A DNA stretch of 64,000 nucleotides from positions 62,310,001 to 62,374,000 of the forward strand of contig CM059439.1 of assembly GCA_030390025.1 (NCBI GenBank), written 5' to 3'. The notes beneath the pieces are model-generated. The model ran no database searches. It was given only the letters and a program-made list of their open reading frames with translations, and was not told the origin of the DNA. This document shows positions 25,106 through 39,060 of this stretch, one piece after another; position 1 is the first letter of the stretch, and each line of letters starts with the position of its first letter. The position numbers were made by a program, and so were the translations under genes. This DNA is from Squalus acanthias (Eukaryota).

Positions 25106-25371
25106 TCTACATGTTTTTATTCCTGCTGCCTAAATATTGACTCTATAAAAATGAATTATTTTTGGGTCCCTGCCACTGCCATTTGATTTGGTGATGTCAT
25201 GGTAATTGCAGGGTAAGTAAATATGAAACTTTTCTGCCTAAAGCAATGAAATTGCTCTACATTCGATGATTGCAAAGTTAAAAAAAAACAACAAATACAG
25301 CTGGCTGCTGGTGCAATTTCAGCCTGTTAGAGAAGAAAACCTCAAACTTGCTTCCCAATAATAGACATAGA

Positions 25372-26207
25372 GGGCGCGATCTTGCCAGCCCTGGGGAGGC
25401 GGGTATGGAAGCGGGACTGCCGGGAAAATGGCAGAATCTGGGGGCAGGTGCCCAACCCGCCCCCAACCCACCTCCATGCCATCTTCCCAGGAGGCGGGTA
25501 GCCGACCCGCACTGGGTCCCGTCTCCTTGCGGCGGGCAGGGGATTACAGCCACTTAACTGCCTGTTAACAGGCAGTTAAGAGGATTATCCCCATTTTTCA
25601 AACAGAGGCGCGGGCTTCCCGACGTCGGGAAACCCCGCCAGGGTCAGCGAGGCGAGCAATGGGTCTGCGGGGGTCTGCGGGGTGCAAAAGTGCGCTGTGG
25701 AGGTGAGTGATGGGTGCAAGTGAGGAGAGGTAAGTATGTGAGGTGAGTGGAAAGTGATAGAAAATGTTTACTTACCTTTGTTTCTTCCTGCAGGCTTCAA
25801 CAGTTGGGGATGCGGAGAGTCTCGCATCTCACCGGCAGAAATGACAGATGGCTGCTGCATTCTCCGATGTAACAACCATCTAATTTCTGCTAAAGAAAGA
25901 GGTTTGATGAGTCTTGAATACAAGGACTCATCAAACAACATAGAATGTCAGTGTTTGACAGCTTCACAGAGCTGTCAAACGATGACAATTCATCTGTCGA
26001 AAAAAATTTTGACAGATGAAACGTCGTACACTGACGTTCTTTGTAACCGGCTTCCCCTTAATTGGCCTGCTAAGCCCGCTGGGCGGGCTTAACAAGGTCA
26101 ATCAAGGGAAAATAGCGTGGGTTGGCCACAAGTTGATGGAGGCGGGACTGAAACCCGACAAGCAGCAGTCCCGCCTCCAACACGCCACCATTGGCAAAAT
26201 CGCCCCC
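25372..26207. mobile_element. Harbinger-like MITE family D inserted in a CR1 tail
   Basis: TIRs GGGCGCGATCTTGCC / GGCAAAATCGCCCCC; TSD AGA. Confidence 0.78.
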
Positions 26208-27106
26208 AGAGTCATAACGGCACAGAAGGAGGCCATTCAGCCCATTGAGTCCGCGCCGGCTCACTGCAGAGCAATCTAGTCAGTCCCACTCCCCCGCTCT
26301 ATCCCCGTAGCCCTGCAAGTTTATTTCCCTCAAGTGCCTATCCAGTCTCCCCTTGAAAACATTGATTGTTTCCGCTTCCACGATACCATGAATTGGCATT
26401 ATCCAAGAATCCAACTCTGGCGTATAAAAATCTTAAAGGTATCATGAGTAATAATAAGGGCACATTTGCTTGGAACAGTGCTCATTTCCTACACTTCTCT
26501 TCCCCTTTAAACAATTACAGTCTATACATATTTGTTCTGTGTTGCAGTGTCTTTGTGTGCAGAGTACCTTCATAATGGTTCCCCAAGTTATCACTACCTA
26601 CAATTCTATAAGTTTAATGGGCCACTACCTTCACAAAAAGATGTTTGCCAAAGGCGGGAAAGGAGGGGAAACGATCCAGTAAACCTGGGCATCATTTTCA
26701 TATAATATGATGTTGCATTCTACTGCATTTTCGATCACATCATGTGGTTTTAAACAAATGAGAATACATTTGTCAAATGTTTTTCATGGTGGTGATGTCC
26801 CTTTAATCGGTAAAAAGCAAAATGTTTTTAATATTTAGTGTAAATTATAACAATATCTATAACAATGATGTGAATCTAAGAATTTAGCCGAGAGGCTTTT
26901 ATTCTACTGAATTACCCTGTAATTCTAAGGGTTATAAATGGGAGATATCTGTGCACTTACCGATGAGGCAGCCAGGGAGCAGACACTTTCTGTTGAATTT
27001 CTCCACCTATGAACTGTGAATGGGGAATTGCACTCGCAATCCACTAACTCCAATCATGATGTCACAGGAGAACTCCATAATGTCATGGGAGATCCAGTTG
27101 CACACA

Positions 27107-29687
27107 GGGCTAAATTTTGCCGGCACTCAGAGGGCGGATTCAGAGGTGGGTCCGCTGTCAAAATCTAAAAGATTGACAGCGGGTCAGGATCCCTCTCTGA
27201 ACCCGCCTCCGTGTCAGTTTCCCAAGTTCAGGGTCTGCCTGCGGTTTGCAGACCCAGCACTAAGCGGCTGGTCAGGCAATTAAGATACTTACGAAGCTGC
27301 TTAAAGGTAATTAAGCAGCATTTTACCAGGTCGTAATGATTATTCTATGTTTTTTACGAGGTTCCCGGCACTCGGGGAGCTCATCAAGTAAGTGTGTCGG
27401 GTTCTCAATGACTCTCCATTGCTGTGAATAGTTGACAGCTGCAAAAGTGATATAAAAGCTACCATTTCACAGCTGTTCACTTTCCAATCTTAGAAGCTTG
27501 AGCCTTCAGGATTTGGAATACACTTTTCAGCTTTATGGAAGTTTGAAGTGATTGGAGCAAACTCTCTATCCAGTGTCACCTCCTTGGAGCAACCTCTCTC
27601 GCCATTGACAGATCGCTTCTGTTATCTCAACTTCAGCTGCCATCTATTCCATCAGTATATGTGCCCTTGAAACTATCTCACCTTGGTCCTCAAAATCCCA
27701 CCACAATCAGCCCCAACACCAACATCACCAGGCACACCAGCAGCACCAACAACAGCACCAATCTTTTATGCAATCACCTGATGCTGCACAGGACAGTGGG
27801 CATCAGCACCCGACCACATTGCTGCCAGGGATAGCCTCACCATGGCCAGATTTACTTCACATGATGCGCCAGGTTGGCACCACCCCACACTAACACCATA
27901 AAGCATCCCTACAATGCCCAAGCCATTCCTTTCACACTCATCACCATTGGAGGAGGCACCGTTATGTCTCACCATTCACTGCAACTCACTATGACACTTC
28001 CAAAGGTGCACACAAATCTGTCCAAGAAGGCAAAGTGTTGAAAATAAAGGTTTCAGGGGGGAAAATTCGGTTGCTTTGCGCCTCCCGTTAGCGCCCTAAG
28101 AGCTCACGAAATTGACCAGACATTTTGCGGCAGCGCTAAACACTACCGCCACGATCTCCTGCGCCCGCAGATCATGACGCCAGTCGAGCATGCAATGCCC
28201 CACTAGCGCCTCGGACCGGATATTGAGTGGCGCCCCCTGCCTTACCGCCTGCCGTTAGCAACGACAGGTTGAGGGGAGCGTTTTGCAGTCGGGAAGGGAC
28301 TGGGGGTGTGCTATTTAAAAGCGACCGCTCCCTGCCTTTTTTTGTCGGCGACATTTTTGCACCACGCATTCTGAGAGAGAGAGAGAGAGACTTCTGGAGA
28401 GATTCAATGCTGTGTAAAGGAGTTTTGGGTACTGAGCAGCACTTTGCAGGTTCATTTTGATTTGACCTTCCTTGCATCGATTTAGAAGAGACTTGGGGGC
28501 TGCACTCTGAGCTCTTTCCCTGGTACTCTCCATTGTTCTTTCCAGCAGATTTGATGTACAGGTCTCTCCAGGCCGAGATTCAAGGCTGCAATGAGCAGGG
28601 TGTGGATGGAAAGCAAGATCGACCCTCCCCTTTAAGAACTGGCCGGCACCAGTCTGTCTGTGTTCCATTGCTGACTGACATCACATGAGCTTCGCCAGCG
28701 CTCTGAGGTAGCGCCTCGCTCCTCGGCGTTAGCGCCTTGAGAGGTATGTAGCACCTGATTTAGCGCTCCAATCACCTCCAGGTGCGATAGAAGCCAGGTT
28801 TGCCGTCGGAGGCGATAATTAGTTCCAGGTGCTAAACTTTGCGCCCAGCCGATAATTGTGCCCCAAACGGGGTGATACCAAATTTCTCCCCCTCAATGTT
28901 TGACAGCACATTAACAGAAACTTTACATGAGCATTGCATAAAACACCCAAGTGTGTTGTTAGTTGGTGTGATTGCACTAGAATGAGGGTGAGTGTGAGGG
29001 GTGGTTAGTGAGATGGGGAAGTGATAATGTAGATAGAGAGGGTTGGAGGGTGGAGGTGCAAGGTAAGTTGGTGTGAGTAAGGATGTGCAGAGTAGGGTGG
29101 GGAAGGCAGAGTGATGGGGATGTGATGAGTGGCACAGCAGGATGAGGTTGAGTGATGCTTTGCAGTAACATTTTGTGATCTGACATCATTGAAAGGTTTG
29201 CGCCACTGCAGCCTGGTCCTCCTGACGACATCCCTGTTTGTGCCCTCCTGTGCAATGTGCAACCAGGCTGTGTTGGTGTCCTGGGGAGGTCTCTTCCGCA
29301 CATTGGAAGGGAAGAGAACCTCCCTGTGTGCTGTGACTCCGTCCATAAGCATATGGAGGGAGTCATGGGAGAGCCTGGATGCAGCCGTGCACCTTTGTGC
29401 AGTGTTTGTCGGTGTTTGCAGCACCTCAATGCTGCAGAACACTGACAGCAGAACTGTCAAAATGAATGTGGACATGGTCCCTTTAAAGAAACCAGCTGAT
29501 GACGTGTCATCAAATGACGTCATCAGACCCGTTTCCTATTAATTGGCCAGGAAGCTCACAGGGCGGGCTTAACAAGCCCTATTAACGTAAAATCTTGTTG
29601 GAGGCCAGGATCGAGACAGATGTGCGGACCCCACACACCATGGACGTCGCCCACCACGGACCCACCGAGGTTGGAAAAATCCAGCCC
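27107..29687 (-). mobile_element. Degenerate Harbinger element with Myb/SANT-like ORF remnant
   Basis: TIRs GGGCTAAATTTT / AAAATCCAGCCC; TSD ACA; minus-strand remnant RLSHDSLHMLMDGV...AWLHIAQE...RTRLQWRKPFND at about 29190-29420. Confidence 0.75.
28056..28892. mobile_element. Harbinger-like MITE nested in the 27107-29687 element
   Basis: TIRs GGGGGGAAAATT / AATTTCTCCCCC; TSD TCA. Confidence 0.8.
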
Positions 29688-30049
29688 ACAATGTTTACTC
29701 TCAGACTGCACCTGACCAGCAGTTCTGTAGCAGGGCAGCCAGGGGGACTGGTGTAGGCACCAGTAAGATTGCAGGTATCACATTTCATGTCATAGAGGGT
29801 TATGGGACAATTCAACAAAATATTTCCCCCTTTAAGAGTGTGTGCACTGATTCCACATGAATTAATTTGGATTATATTTTGAGTTTGTTTTTCAAGTTTG
29901 TGTGTTTTCGGTGCTGACTGAAGTTTTGCTAATGAGGTTCCTAGATGTTATGTACATATCTCTATGCATGATTGAATCTATTTCTTGTTTTTATTTTCTA
30001 CGCTCTTCGAGAAATGAACAAAAAAAAATTAAATGACACAATTTTTCTC

Positions 30050-31110
30050 TACCAAAGAGAAGGCTGAGGGGTAACCTAATAGAGGTCTTTAAAAATATGA
30101 AAATAAGGTAGATGTAGAGAAGATGTTTCCACTTGTGGGAAAAATTCATTAGCGACCATTTTGGGTCGCTAACATCGCCTGGGCACTAAATTTAGCGCCT
30201 GGTGGAAAATAGCGCCAGCAATCAGTTTTAGCATCTCAAGAGGGAGGTGGGGCGCTAAGTCAAGCGCTCCACTTCCTTCTTAGAGCGCTAACCCCGAATA
30301 TCGGGGCGGTGCGTTCTGCAGCGCTATGCACTTGCTCCACGTAGCGCTGCTGCATGGAAGGGCTCTTCCCCTCATTAAAGGGGAGGACCCAAGCCTACAA
30401 CTCTGCGGGGCCGTACCTGGACCGGGGAGCGGGGTGCCGTGCCAGCAGCCCGGCACACGAGGAATGTTGGGCTGCCAGATTCCGGCACGGACCCCGTGTT
30501 CAAAGACGCAACAGTAAGTCGGCCGATTTTTTTTTTTCCCCCTGCCCGCCACCTCCCCTTTACTTACCGCCCCGCGAGCCTCCTGCCGCTCTGTTCCCGC
30601 CCCCTGAATCGGTCGCTGTCATCACCCGGCGCAGAGTCAGAGGGCGCGGGCCAATTTTGCAGGCGAGGCGAAAACGGGGCACTGCGCACGGTTACCGCCG
30701 CCACTAAACTCCCGCTGAATGTAACGGGAGTCGTTAGCGGCGTCGCGCCCAGGCGAAAAGTCGTTTGCGCCCCATTAGAGCCCCCAACGAGAGGCTCAAA
30801 TGCACCAAATTTCCAGCCCTTGGGGTCATAAACATAAGGTACTCATTAATAAATCCAATAGGGAATTCAGGAGAAACTTCTTTACCCAAAGAGTGGTAAG
30901 AATGTGGAACTTGCTACCACACGGAATATGTAAAGCGAATAGCATAGATGCATTTAAGGGGAAGCTAGATAAGTACATGAGGGAGAAAGGAATAGAAGGA
31001 TATGCTGATAGGGTGAGAAAAGTAGGGTGGGGGAAGGCTGGTGTGGAGCATAAACACTGGCACAGAGCAGTTGGGCCGAATGGCCTGTTTCTGTGCTGAA
31101 AATTCCATGT
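30050..31110 (+). mobile_element. CR1 3' fragment interrupted by a GC-rich Harbinger-like MITE (about 30138-30818)
   Basis: CR1 motifs on both sides (agagaaggctgagggg; RNFFTQRVVRMWN); the MITE has agcgcc-rich subterminal repeats and ends aaatttccagccc. Confidence 0.75.
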
Positions 31111-31965
31111 AATTCCTGGTGAAAGTCTAAGATATAATTCATGGCTTTATATTCCTTCATGAAAAAGTGGTTGGCAAACTTTTTGTTTGAGGAGGGTGAG
31201 GTTCAGAGTAACAGTGGGTCATCTTTTAGAATGATGCTGACATGCAAGTGTGACACACTGATGCATTCTGGTATGATTTATGTCACTTCATTGTAAACAA
31301 ATGAATAAAGGTTTGCCAAAGACTTTTTCCACAAAGATAATTGTCTTTAAGTTTTTGAAGGGACTGCTGAAGTTCACTTTTCATTTTGATTTTGACAAGT
31401 CCAGTTGAAGAACTACGTTAAGATTGAAAAGGGCAAGAAAAAGGAGATAAATCAAGGCAATGCCAGACTTGTGTTTTGTAAGCCTGCAAGAAGAGAAGAC
31501 TGAGAGAAGGAAGGAGTTCTACAGTTTGAAGTCTTGCTAAAGAGTGAGCTACACTAGGAGATCTTGAATTCAACACAGTGAGGATCCAGGGAGAGGGGCA
31601 GTGTAGGTGGAACAATAGAGTCACAGTAATGACCTTGGTGGTAACAAAAGAGGCGAGAAAGTTGAGAGTTTGGAAGATAGAGATGGGAGAAAGATCACCT
31701 ATGTCTTTTAATAATTAATTTAATTGAGCGTCAAATTTTCCTCTGTTATTGCAGCCTTCAAAAGTCCTTTTTTATGTACAGTTTTTAAATCAGATTGTTT
31801 GATTCTCTTGCTTTTCTTTATATTTAAATGTGAATCTCATTTTGTCACTGAATAATTACCTTGCTGATTTTACACAGATCAAAACAGAAGCCTTTGTCAC
31901 AGTGCATGGGGATGTTTTGAGTGCTGCTAATATTTTATTTAAAAGCCACTTTCTTTATCTGCCAG

Positions 31966-32077
31966 CTTGGCTAGTGCGTCTGTCAGAAGTTGTACAAGCA
32001 AAAGGTTTGGTTGTCATCGCCTCAGAAAAGTGGAGCAGGAACAATCTAGATCAAAGATTTCAAGAACTCAGAAAGCA
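31966..32077 (+). CDS. ovoA: OvoA exon, methyltransferase domain
   Basis: ttctttatctgccAG acceptor, CA|GTAAGT donor, phase 1/2. Translates (A)WLVRLSEVVQAKGLVVIASEKWSRNNLDQRFQELRK, motif III-like (..G.LVI.S). Confidence 0.8.
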
Positions 32078-33559
32078 GTAAGTGAACAGGTCATTTCATA
32101 CAGAAGTGTGATGGCCTTGATCAAAATATGCACAAGCAAACATGAACACTGGAAAGTAAGGGGCCTGGCAAGGGGAAGGTGGGATTTTCTTTTCTTAGTA
32201 GTCTTCTCCCCTCCAGTACTGACGGTTCTGACTCATGGTATGTGGTTTCACAGGTTTAACTGGATAGTGAAAAGGAGTGGAAATGTTGACACCCTTCCTC
32301 AATCTAGGGGCATTATGAAATCAGCTAACTCTGCACAGAGCAGCGGTAAAATCTGGGTGCATCCTGGTCTGTCTGCCTCAGTGCTCAGGCTTTCCAGTAG
32401 AAGTCATTAGAGAGCTAGATGGCGTAGGAACCCCGGCTGATTGTTTCCATCTGTAGCCCAAGGACACAGAGGCCAGTTGTAGTATTCCTACCACTCTCCT
32501 GGCTGAAATAAACCCAGATCAAGTACGGGACCCTGCTGGTTTGGTTTGGTTCAGTACTATATACTGCGGTATGGGTTTTTAATTAAAAAAAACTTAAATC
32601 AGTTTAGTTGGTGGAGCAAGTGCCTTTGGCTATTTCACTTGAGCTCCTAACTTCAGCTAGGCTATTAATGGGAAGTGCTATTCAAAGGGGCAATTTACTG
32701 TGAGACCAACAGGTGTAAACCGTTGAAGGAATAAGGCTGAAAGGGTTCCTGATGAATCTTTCCTTCACTCCACAGCAGAAAATAGGGTTTGAGATTTACC
32801 TTCCATGACTATTGTTTATTAGATTTCTGAAGTTTAGTTAATTTGAACTATCCTACATTCACCAGTTCAAATTTGTAACTAATCACTACTGGAATGCTGC
32901 ACATCACCAAGTTAATTAATTCAATCTCTCTTTTGCCAGAGTCAAAAAAATGACTACATATACACATGAACTAACCACTTTATTAACAGATCTATGATAA
33001 CACGATCAATACCACCATAAAATGAAACATTAAGGAGTACATGAAATACTTGATCAAATATTAATTCAAACATAATTTAAGTGTAGCATCATAACTCCGT
33101 ATCATTGCATCAGCTGGGCTCTATTTAATGCATTTCATTGTCCAGTATCATGCAAGTTGGTAGGATTATTTTATGGCTAGATTTCCTTGTATAGCTGACA
33201 AGCTAACAGCTTTGAACAAGTCTATCCAGGTATGTTCGAAGTCCATTTCAATGTATGCCTGATGAGCTACTGACTTTGACAATATTACTCTTGGAATAAC
33301 TGTGTTGGTCATAGTAGAATTGGGCAGATCAACCTCCCTCTGTAGCTGTAGTATTTCTTCCTCCTGCTGTCATCTGCTTCTCTTCCTGGTAAATCTAACC
33401 TTGCACCTTACTATACATGTGTACCCACACTAATTTCTGTCCCTCTGTTCTTGGAGTGATATATGCAAATAATGCATTTAAATTGCTTGCCTATGTCTGA
33501 CTAAAATTTTTTGTACTCTCACTATTAACTTCCCAGAATGTTTAGCATTAACTCTTCCA

Positions 33560-36440
33560 AAATTATGACGGGGTTTGATAGGGTAGACATAGAGAAGATT
33601 TTTCCACTTGTGGGGGAGTCCAAAACTAGGGGTCATAAATATAAGATAGTCAAATAAGGAATTCAGGAGAAACTTCTTTACACAGAGAATGGTGAGAATG
33701 CGGAACTCACTACCAGAGGGAGTAGTTGAAGCGAATAGCATAGATGCATTTAAGGGGAAGTTAGGTAAGTACATGAGGGAGAAAGGAATAGAAGGATATG
33801 CTGATAAGGTGAGATGAAGAAGTGTGGAAGGAGGCTCGTGTGGAGCATAAACACTGGCACAGACCAGTTGGGCCAAATGGCCTGTTTCTGCGGTGTAAAT
33901 TATATGTAATTCTATTTCTCGTCTTGAGAAGGCCTGCTTCTTAAACTATTAAGAACATAAGAATTAGGAGCAGAAGTAGGCCATATGTCCCTTTGAGCCT
34001 GTTCCGCCATTCAATAAGATCATAGCTGATCTTCGACCTCAGCTCCACTTTCCTGCCCGATCTCCATATCCCTTGATTCCCCATGAGTCCAAAAATTTAT
34101 CTCAGCCTTGAAGATACTCAATGATTCAGTATCCACAGCCCTTTGGGGTAGAAAATTCCAAATATTCACAACCCTGAGTGAAGAAATTCCTCCTCATCTC
34201 AGTCTTAAATGGCCGACTCCTTATCCTGAGACTATGCCCCTTCACCACATTATAAGCCTCTTCTTTTAATCTGATACTATCCTTAACCTTTTTAGTTAGC
34301 CACGGATGGCTCATTTTTCCTGTGGTGTTTTTATTTCTCGATGGAGTGTATATTCGTTGAGAACTTTGGAATATTTCTTTAAATGTTTGCCACTGCTTAT
34401 CTACCATCATACCTTTTAATCTAATTTCCCAATCTACATTAGTCAACTCACCCCTCATATCTATGTAATTGGCTTTATTTAAGTTTAAGACCCTCGTTTC
34501 AAATTTAAGCATTTCACTCTCAAACTCAATGTGAAAGTCTATCCTATTATGATCACTCTTCCCCAGATGATCCTTTACTATGAGAGTACTAATAAATCCT
34601 GTCTTATTACACAATACAAGATCTAAAATAGCCTGTTCCCTGGTTGGTTCCATGACATATTGTTCTAGGAACCTGTCTCAAATGCATTCCATGAACTCGT
34701 CCTCCAGACTACCTTTGCCAATTGATTTGCCCAGTCTATATGAAGATTAAAGTCCCCCACGATTATTGCATTACCTTTGTTACAAGCTCCTATTATTTCT
34801 TGATTAATACACTGTCCAACAGTATAACTACTATTAGGGGGCCTGTAAACTACTCCCACCAGTGATTTCTAGCCCTTTTTATTTCTTATCTCCACTCATT
34901 CTGATTCTACTTCCTGATGTTCCGAGCCAAGATCCTTTCTCACTACTGTCCTTATGTCATCCTTTATTATCAGGGCTACCTGCCACCCTCCTTTTCCATT
35001 CTGCCTGTAAGCAGTGCAAAGACCTGGAATTGGTTCATAGATGCTGGTCACCATTTTGTGAAGTCACTGTACAGTTTGGTTACACAATATTTATAGAATA
35101 CATTGACATAATGAGGTTGTTGGTATGATTAAGAATAAGCTGGGGACCATGTGCTTTAGGATCAGCGTAATTTGGTAATCACCCTCAGCGTTAACATTTA
35201 GGTGGACAAGACATGAAATGAGTCTTCTGGATGGCCGAATAGTCTGTTCTTGAGATGTGGTAGCTTTTGAAAATCCTAACCGTCTGTGTGGTTGAAATGG
35301 AATCATCATGTGAAGTACCCGTCATCTTCAAAAGAAGCTGTAATTTGATCAACTTGTCAATACAATAAAGCTTACAACGGTTTTGAACCAGACACACTAA
35401 CACAAGTTATTATTCTGTGGGGATCCAGGCAGTTGCAGGTGCTTGTAAATTCCTGAAGTCAATTTGAAATTATTGAGTTGTATGTAAATTTCAGACTCCA
35501 GGATGTAATGCCTGGCTTTCTTTTTACTCTCATATTCTGTTTTCTCCCCTTTTTACCAATTTTTTTGGTCATCCTTTGCTGGTTTCTAAAGCTCTCCCAA
35601 TCCTCAGGCTTGCTACTATTTTTAGAAACATTATAAGCCTCTTCTTTCCTTAACTTCTTTAGCCACGGATGGATCACTTTTCCCGTGGAGTTTTTATTTC
35701 TCAATGGAATGTATATTCATTGAGAATTTTGGAATATTTCTTTAAGTGCTTCAATGCTTATCTACTGTCATACCTTTTAATCTAATTTCCCAATCTACCT
35801 TAGCCAACTCGCCCCTCATACCTATGTAATTGGCTTTATCTAAGTTTAAGACTCTAGTTTCGGACTTAGAATGTCACATTGGGTTTGAGAGTGAAATACT
35901 TATCATATTATGATCACTCTGGGTCAGAAGGTTATGGGTTCAAGTCCCATGCCAGAGACTTGAGCACAAAAATCTAGGCTGACTCTCCAGTGCCGTACCG
36001 AGGGAGTGCTGTACTGTCGGAGGTGGCGTCTTTCGGATGAGACATTAGCCCGAGGCCCCGTCTGCCCTCTCAGGTGGACATAAATGATCCTATGGCACTC
36101 TTTCGAAGATGAGCTGGGGAGTTATCCCCGGTGTCCTAGCCAATATTTATCCCTCAATCAACATCGCTAAAAAACAGATTATCTGGTCATTATCACATTG
36201 CTGTTCATGGGAGCTTGCTGTGTGCAAATTGGCTGCCGCGTTTCCTACATTACAACAGTGACTACACTCCAAAAAGTACTTCATTGGCTGTAAAGCGTTT
36301 TGCGACGTCCAGTGATCATGAAAGGCGCTATATAAATGCAAGTCTTTTCTTTTTTCTTTCTCTTCCCTAGGGGATCCTTTACTGTGAGATTACTAATTAA
36401 CCCTGTCTCATTACACAATACAAGATCTAAAATAGCCTAT
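33560..36440. mobile_element. Cluster of CR1 fragments (+ strand 3' end 33560-33915; - strand endonuclease-region pieces 33955-35010 and 35530-36440)
   Basis: GVVYRPPNS, IIVGDFN, PTREQAILDLVL and LGKSDHN (APE endonuclease motifs). Confidence 0.85.
35920..36345 (+). mobile_element. Deu-domain SINE inserted in CR1
   Basis: gggttcaagtccc B box, ccgaggccccgtctgccctctcaggtggac core, aaaggcgctatataaatgcaagtc tail. Confidence 0.8.
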
Positions 36441-36829
36441 TCTCAACTCTAGATTTCTCCAAACCGACAGATTTTCCTCCTGCAGCTCAACCTTCTAGTT
36501 TCAGTGACAGAATCCCAATTTTTTTGAACACTTAATTTCACAAAGTAAAAATCCCTTTTCCCAGCTATTTTCATGTCTGACCAATAATTTGTCTGACCAA
36601 TAACTCATTTTATTGCAAGGTATCAATGCAGGTATCAATGACCTTAAACAGACAAATGTCAAGGGCTTATAAAGAGCATTTTTTTTATGATTCAACAAAA
36701 ATCAAGCTTCCTTGTTAGCTGGAAACTTCTTAAGATTTTCCCAGCCATAAATAACAAAATTGAACAACCCCGGATAATAGTGGCATTCCTTTGAGTCCCT
36801 CCTGGTCTCACATTTGTCCAAACGTGTGT

Positions 36830-38700
36830 CAGAGGTCGCACTCTCGCCTCTGAGTCAGAAGGTTGTGGGGTCAAGCTTCACTCCAGAGACCTGAGTACAT
36901 AAACTAGGCTGACACTTCAGTGCTATAACTGAGGGAATGCTGCACTGTCAGAAGTGCCATCTTTGTATGAGATATTATCTGCCTCCTCAGGTGTATCTTG
37001 TAGATCCTATGGCACTATCTGAAGAGGAGCAGGGGAGTTCTTCCAGTGTTCTGGCCAATATTGATTCCTCAACCAACATCACTAAAACATTGACTTTGAC
37101 TCCACTCACTTCCTCCAAATTAAAGGTGTTGCTGTGGGAACCCGCATGGGCCCTAGCTATGCCTGGGATATGTGGAACATTCTTTGTTCCAGTCCTACTC
37201 AGGTCCCCTCTCTCACCTCTCTTTGATGACTGTATCGGTGCTGTTTCTTGCTCTCGCCCTGAAATAGAAAATTTCATTCACTTTGCTTCCAATTTCCACC
37301 CTTCCCTCACCTTCACATGTTCCATTTCCGACTCTTCCCTTCCCTTCCTCGACTTCTCCGTCTCCATCTCTGGGGATAGGCTATCGACCAACATCCACTA
37401 CAAGCCCACTGACTCCCACAGCTACCTGGACTACACTTCCTCCCACCCCGCTTCCTGTAAGGACTCTATTCCATTCTCCCAGTTTCTCTGTCTCCGCCGC
37501 ATCTGTTCTGATGATGCCACCTTCCGTACTAGTGCTTCCGATATGTCTTCCTTTTTCCTCAACCGAGGATTGCCCTCTACCGTGGTTGGCATGGCCCTCA
37601 ACCGTGTCCGTTCCATTTCCCGCACTTCTGCTCTCACCCCTCTCAGAACCACGATAGGGTTTCCCTTGTCCTCACCTTTCACCCCACCAGCCTCCTCATT
37701 CAACGGATCATCCTCTGCCATTTCCGCCACCTCCAGCGTGATCCCACCACCAAACGCATCTTCCCCTCCCCTTTCAGCATTCCAAAGGGACCGCTCCCTC
37801 CGCAACACCCTGGTCCACTCCTCAATCACCCCCAACAGCCCCTCCCCTCCCCACAGCACCTTCCCGTGCAAGTGCAGGAGATGCTACACCTGCCCTTTTA
37901 CCTCCTCCCTTTCCACTGTCGAGGACCCCAAACACACCTTCCAGGTGAAACAGCGATTTACTTGTACTTCTTGCAATTTAGTATATTGTATTCGCTGCTC
38001 ACGATGCGGTCTCCTCTACATTGGGGAGGCCAAACGCAGATTGGGTGACCGCTTTGCGGAACACCTTCGTTCAGTCTGTAAGGGGGACCCCGAGCTTCCA
38101 GTCGCTTGTCACTTTAATTCCACTCCCACTCTGACCTTGGCCTCTTACACGGTTCCAATGAAGCTCAACGTAAGCTCGAGGAACAGCACCTCATCTTTTG
38201 ATTAGGCATTTTACAGCCTTCTGGACTCAACATCGAGTTCAACAATTTCAGACTATAACCCCATCCCGTTTTTTTTCACATGGTAGCTGTTGATGATTCT
38301 ACCATCCCCATTTGCAACATTTAACCACTCCTGCCTTCTAACCCTAGCATAGACCGTCCCTTTTGTTTTTTCCTCCCCTCCCCCCTCTTCCTGCCCCAAA
38401 CCCGTTACATCTCTAACTTTTTCCAGTTCTGACGCAGGGTCCCAGACCTGAAACGTTAACTCTGTTTCTCTCTCCACGGATGCTGCCTGGCCTGCTGAGT
38501 GTTTCCAGCATTTTCTGTTATATCACTAAAACATTATCTGCTCATTTATCTCACTGCTGTCTTGAGGGCCTTGTGTGCAAATTGGCTGCTGTATTTCTTC
38601 ACATTACTAGTGACTACAGTTCAAAAGTTCTTCATTGGCTGTGCAGCATTATGGGATGTTCTGAGGATGTGAAAGGTGCTATATAAATGCAAGTTCTTTA
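36830..38700 (+). mobile_element. Deu-domain SINE split by a Penelope element
   Basis: SINE 5' half 36830-37091 resumes at 38522-38700. Confidence 0.8.
37092..38521 (+). mobile_element. 5'-truncated Penelope-like retroelement (RT thumb and GIY-YIG endonuclease remnants)
   Basis: LPFLDFSV, HYKPTDSHSYLDYTSSHP and NLVYCIRCSRCGLLYIGEAKRRLGDRFAEH; 14-bp TSD atcactaaaacatt (37078-37091, 38522-38535); mutated hammerhead CTGACGC...GAAAC near 38429-38456. Confidence 0.92.
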
Positions 38701-39060
38701 TTCTTTCAGGCACCATAATGCATATATTATCCCTAGTCTGGTAACATTGACGACCTAGATCTGCCAGATCCGGTCATTAACTGGAGCCAGCTAGTTTTAA
38801 GAATCTTTTGTCTAAGAGTGCTGTCTGAACTTTCCAGAATGCTTAGCATTAACTTTTTCTGTTTTCCAGTGTTCAGTAGGATGTTTAAAGCACCATTTTT
38901 AAGGCTGATTTTCCTACACCCGGGCCACCTGTCTGACCGTTGTAACTAGGCAATGCTCTTTGTTGCGGAAGGTATCAAGGGTGATGTCAAAGAAAAACAA
39001 AATTAGAAAAAGGATTGAAATTAGAAATATATCTCTGATAAAATGTGAATTTCTCATTAG

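Noticed and set aside
32078-32081. OvoA stop codon at the end of the 31830-32081 ORF
   Set aside because: The TAA lies inside a consensus GTAAGT donor, and a phase-compatible downstream exon supplies the expected terminal strand; intron retention cannot be excluded.
36937-38205. 422-aa host gene
   Set aside because: Chance fusion of SINE sequence with frameshifted Penelope RT and GIY-YIG remnants bounded by a TSD.
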